Source: an uncultured delta proteobacterium
GTDB taxonomy: Bacteria; Desulfobacterota; Syntrophorhabdia; Syntrophorhabdales; WCHB1-27
NCBI GenBank assembly: GCA_963810935.1
Contig: CAWEPK010000009.1
Coordinates: 256,001-320,000 of the forward strand
Direction of reading: 5' to 3'
DNA length: 64,000 nt
Below the pieces are notes generated by a model. That model searched no databases, had not been told where the DNA came from, and saw only the letters and a list, made by a program, of their open reading frames with translations. Shown here piece by piece: positions 60,858-64,000 of this stretch; within the stretch, counting starts at the first letter, position 1; the number at the start of each line of letters is the position of its first letter. Position numbers and translations under genes: made by a program.

Positions 60858-62135
60858 ATGAAGGTAGAAGTCGAGAGTCTCGATAAGGTTCGGAAGAACA
60901 TCGAGGTAATCCTGGAGGCAGACAAGGTAGAAGAGCTGCGCGAAGGGATTTACCAGGATTTAAAGAAGCAGGCGAAGATCAAGGGTTTCCGGCCGGGAAA
61001 GGTCCCGAAGTCCGTTATCCAGGCATATTACAAGGAATTCATCGACGACGAGCTGAAGAAGAAGATGGTGGAGTCGACGATGGGAGAGGCCCTGTCCGGG
61101 ACGGACATCCGGCCCGTCAGCGAGCCGAGGGTCCAGTTCTTCGAAGGGGACGACAAGGTCGGGTACAAGATGGAGATCGAGGTCATCCCGGAAATCGACC
61201 TGCCTGCCTACGAAGGCATAGAGGTTGAGGTGGCGCCCGTCAAGGTGACGGATGAAGAGATCACCCGGCGGATCGAGGACATGCGGGAGACCCACGCCCA
61301 GATGGTGGACAAGCCCGGGGACCACGCGGCTGCAAAAGGCGATTTCGTGATCATCAAATACGAGGCTACGCACGATGGCAAGCCGGTTAAGGGCGTCGCC
61401 TCGGAATCGTACCCGCTCGACTTGAGCAGCTCCAACCTGATGCCGGAGTTCGAAGTCGGGGTTACCGGCATGAAAGTGGGCGAAGAGAAGGAAATTGAGA
61501 TTAATTTTGCAGGGGATTATCCCGATAAGGATATAGCGGGGAAGAAGCTTCTTTTCAAGGTGGCCGTAAAGGAAATCAAGGAGAAGAAGCTGCCGGAGAT
61601 CGGCGACGATTTCGCGAAGGACGCGGGTTTCACGGACATGGAGGCCTTGAAGAGCGAAGTAACGAAAGAACTCGAAAAGGGGAAAGAGGCCATGCAGAAG
61701 CAGGCGATCAAAGACGAGATCGCGAACCACCTGGTCGCCAATACCGATATCCCCGTGCCTGCCAGGCTCCTTGAAAAACGCGTGGAAGAGTTCGTACAGG
61801 AGGCCCGGTCGCGGATGAAGACGGGCGCCCTGACCGATGAGCAGGAAGGCAGCTTCAACGCGGCCCTGAGCAAAGAGTACGGGCCGGAGGCGGAGAGGCG
61901 CATAAAGATCGGCATAATCTTCGGCAAGATAGCGGAAAAGGAAGGTATAAAGGTCGATGACGCGGAGGTAGACGAGCGCTTGAGGAGAATTGCGGAAGAA
62001 ACCAAGAGGGCTTATGATTATGTAAGAGAATTCTACGACAAATACGACCTCACAGCCAACCTCAGGAATAGTATACTCGAGGAGAAGACGGTCGGTTTTC
62101 TCATAGAGAAGGCAACGGTAAAGGAGAAAGAATGA
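60858..62135 (+). CDS. tig: Trigger factor
   Basis: [12 protein letters not shown] domain; GGAGG RBS. Confidence 0.97.
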   Translation: MKVEVESLDKVRKNIEVILEADKVEELREGIYQDLKKQAKIKGFRPGKVPKSVIQAYYKEFIDDELKKKMVESTMGEALSGTDIRPVSEPRVQFFEGDDKVGYKMEIEVIPEIDLPAYEGIEVEVAPVKVTDEEITRRIEDMRETHAQMVDKPGDHAAAKGDFVIIKYEATHDGKPVKGVASESYPLDLSSSNLMPEFEVGVTGMKVGEEKEIEINFAGDYPDKDIAGKKLLFKVAVKEIKEKKLPEIGDDFAKDAGFTDMEALKSEVTKELEKGKEAMQKQAIKDEIANHLVANTDIPVPARLLEKRVEEFVQEARSRMKTGALTDEQEGSFNAALSKEYGPEAERRIKIGIIFGKIAEKEGIKVDDAEVDERLRRIAEETKRAYDYVREFYDKYDLTANLRNSILEEKTVGFLIEKATVKEKE

Positions 62136-62716
62136 ACCTGGTGCCAATGGTCATTGAAAAAGACGGAAGGGGAGAGCGGGCCTTCGATATCTACTCGCGG
62201 CTCCTCAAAGAACGGATCGTCTTTTTGGGCACTGCTATAGACGACGTAGTCGCAAACCTCATCATCGCGCAGTTGCTGTTTTTGGAATCGGACGATCCGG
62301 GAAAAGACATCTACCTGTACATCAACTCGCCTGGCGGCATAATTACCAGCGGGCTGGCCATTTATGATACAATGCAGTATGTGAAGCCGGAAGTGGCGAC
62401 GATCTGCATAGGACAGGCAGCCAGTATGGGGGCCGTGCTCCTCGCGGGCGGCGCCAAGGGTAAGCGGTACGGGCTCCCCCACGCGCGGGTGCTCATCCAC
62501 CAGCCCCTGGGGGGCGTGCAGGGCCAGGCAACGGACATCGACATTCAGGCAAGAGAGATCCTGCGGATGAGAGAAGAGATCAACGCAATTTTCACGAAGC
62601 ACACAGGGCAGGACATGGAGCGCATTCGGCAGGACACGGAGAGGGATTTCTACATGACCACCGAACAAGCGCTCAAGTACGGCATCATAGATCAAATTGT
62701 GGAGAAACGAGCATGA
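62132..62716 (+). CDS. clpP: ClpP protease
   Basis: [32 protein letters not shown]. Confidence 0.99.
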   Translation: MNLVPMVIEKDGRGERAFDIYSRLLKERIVFLGTAIDDVVANLIIAQLLFLESDDPGKDIYLYINSPGGIITSGLAIYDTMQYVKPEVATICIGQAASMGAVLLAGGAKGKRYGLPHARVLIHQPLGGVQGQATDIDIQAREILRMREEINAIFTKHTGQDMERIRQDTERDFYMTTEQALKYGIIDQIVEKRA

Positions 62717-63972
62717 CGGTAATGAAGAAAAGCAACGGGAGAACAATGAAGCTGCATTGCTCTTTTTGCGGAAAAAGTCAGGACGAAGTAAAAAAACTGA
62801 TCGCAGGTCCTATGGTTTACATCTGCGACGAGTGCATAGAGCTGTGCAACGAGATCATTCAGGAAGAGGCGAAGCGGGAGCGGTTCGAGTATATCAAGAC
62901 TTCCATACCGAAGCCGCACGAGATCAGAAGGATACTCGACGAGTACGTCATCGGCCAGGATTTCGCCAAAAAGGTGCTTTCCGTGGCTGTTTACAACCAC
63001 TATAAGAGGATCGAGTCGAAGACGACCTTCGACGACGTCGAAATCCAGAAAAGCAACATCCTGATGATCGGGCCCACCGGGTCAGGCAAGACGCTGCTTG
63101 CCCAGACGCTGGCCAAGATACTGCACGTGCCTTTTACCATCGCCGACGCGACGACCCTGACGGAAGCGGGTTACGTTGGCGAGGACGTGGAAAATATCAT
63201 CCTGAACCTGCTCCAGTCCGCTGACTACAACATCGAAAGGGCGGAAAAAGGCATCGTCTATATCGACGAGATTGACAAGATATCGAAGAAGACGGACAGC
63301 CCATCGATCACCCGCGACGTGTCGGGCGAGGGCGTGCAGCAGGCATTGCTGAAGATCATAGAAGGCACGGTCGCCAACGTGCCGCCGAAGGGCGGCAGGA
63401 AGCACCCGCAGCAGGACTACATAAAGGTAGACACGACGAACATCCTGTTCATCTGCGGCGGCGCCTTCCACGGCCTGGAGTCGATCATCGCCAACCGTAT
63501 AGGCAGGAAGAGCATCGGCTTCGGCGTAGACGTCGAGGGCGGCAGGGACAAGATGTATGGCGAGCTGATCAAAGAGGTGCAGCCGGAAGACCTGCTCAAA
63601 TACGGCCTGATCCCGGAGTTTATCGGCAGGCTGCCCATCACCGCGACTCTGGAAGAGCTGGCGGAGGACGTCCTGGTCGAGATACTGAAGAAGCCTAGGA
63701 ACGCCATCGTCAAGCAGTACAAGAAGCTCTTCGAGCTTGAGAACGTGAAGCTTACCTTCACGGAAGGGGCCATCCGAGGCATCGCGAAAGAGGCCATGAA
63801 AAAGAAGACGGGCGCCCGCGGCTTGAGGTCGATCATGGAGAAAGTCATGCTCGACGTGATGTACGAGCTGCCGTCGATCTCCAACGTGAAGGAGTGCGTG
63901 GTAAGCGAGGAGGTCATCTCGAACCACGAGAAGCCGATCCTGATTTATGAGGAAGAGGCTGAAATCGCGTGA
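62713..63972 (+). CDS. clpX: ClpX ATPase
   Basis: [27 protein letters not shown] loop. Confidence 0.99.
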   Translation: MTVMKKSNGRTMKLHCSFCGKSQDEVKKLIAGPMVYICDECIELCNEIIQEEAKRERFEYIKTSIPKPHEIRRILDEYVIGQDFAKKVLSVAVYNHYKRIESKTTFDDVEIQKSNILMIGPTGSGKTLLAQTLAKILHVPFTIADATTLTEAGYVGEDVENIILNLLQSADYNIERAEKGIVYIDEIDKISKKTDSPSITRDVSGEGVQQALLKIIEGTVANVPPKGGRKHPQQDYIKVDTTNILFICGGAFHGLESIIANRIGRKSIGFGVDVEGGRDKMYGELIKEVQPEDLLKYGLIPEFIGRLPITATLEELAEDVLVEILKKPRNAIVKQYKKLFELENVKLTFTEGAIRGIAKEAMKKKTGARGLRSIMEKVMLDVMYELPSISNVKECVVSEEVISNHEKPILIYEEEAEIA

Positions 63973-64000
63973 CGCGCTTTACAATAGGCGCAGGAATTGA

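Overview
Gene-dense, GC-rich bacterial chromosome segment, probably from an anaerobic Desulfobacterota/deltaproteobacterium (inferred from the xerC-hslVU-argBDFG synteny and protein style; Syntrophorhabdus-like is a guess). Housekeeping blocks (GH57-ileS-lspA-plsY; hflX; rlmN; der; livKHMGF; xerC-hslVU-argBDFG-leuS-lptE; tig-clpPX) alternate with accessory genes: a Tat-exported metallo-hydrolase, an acetylene-hydratase-like Mo/W enzyme, two AAA+/partner systems, a sigma54 ZraPSR/Cpx-like operon, RtcB-archease, RecD2, an MCP, a CFA-synthase-like methyltransferase and an OYE flavoenzyme with ferredoxin. Main signals the ORF track misses: (1) a thioredoxin-fold/TPR gene read through an in-frame UGA in a U-I-G-C redox motif with a SECIS-like hairpin (candidate selenoprotein, 22967-23533); (2) non-AUG starts (archease CTG, hflX probably ATC/ATA or TTG); (3) several apparently leaderless genes; (4) at least three families of structured intergenic repeats, one with compensatory base changes and one bracketing a low-GC cassette with an orphan antitoxin; (5) four single-site frameshifts, most likely sequencing errors. 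I found no rRNA, tRNA, CRISPR array or transposase.
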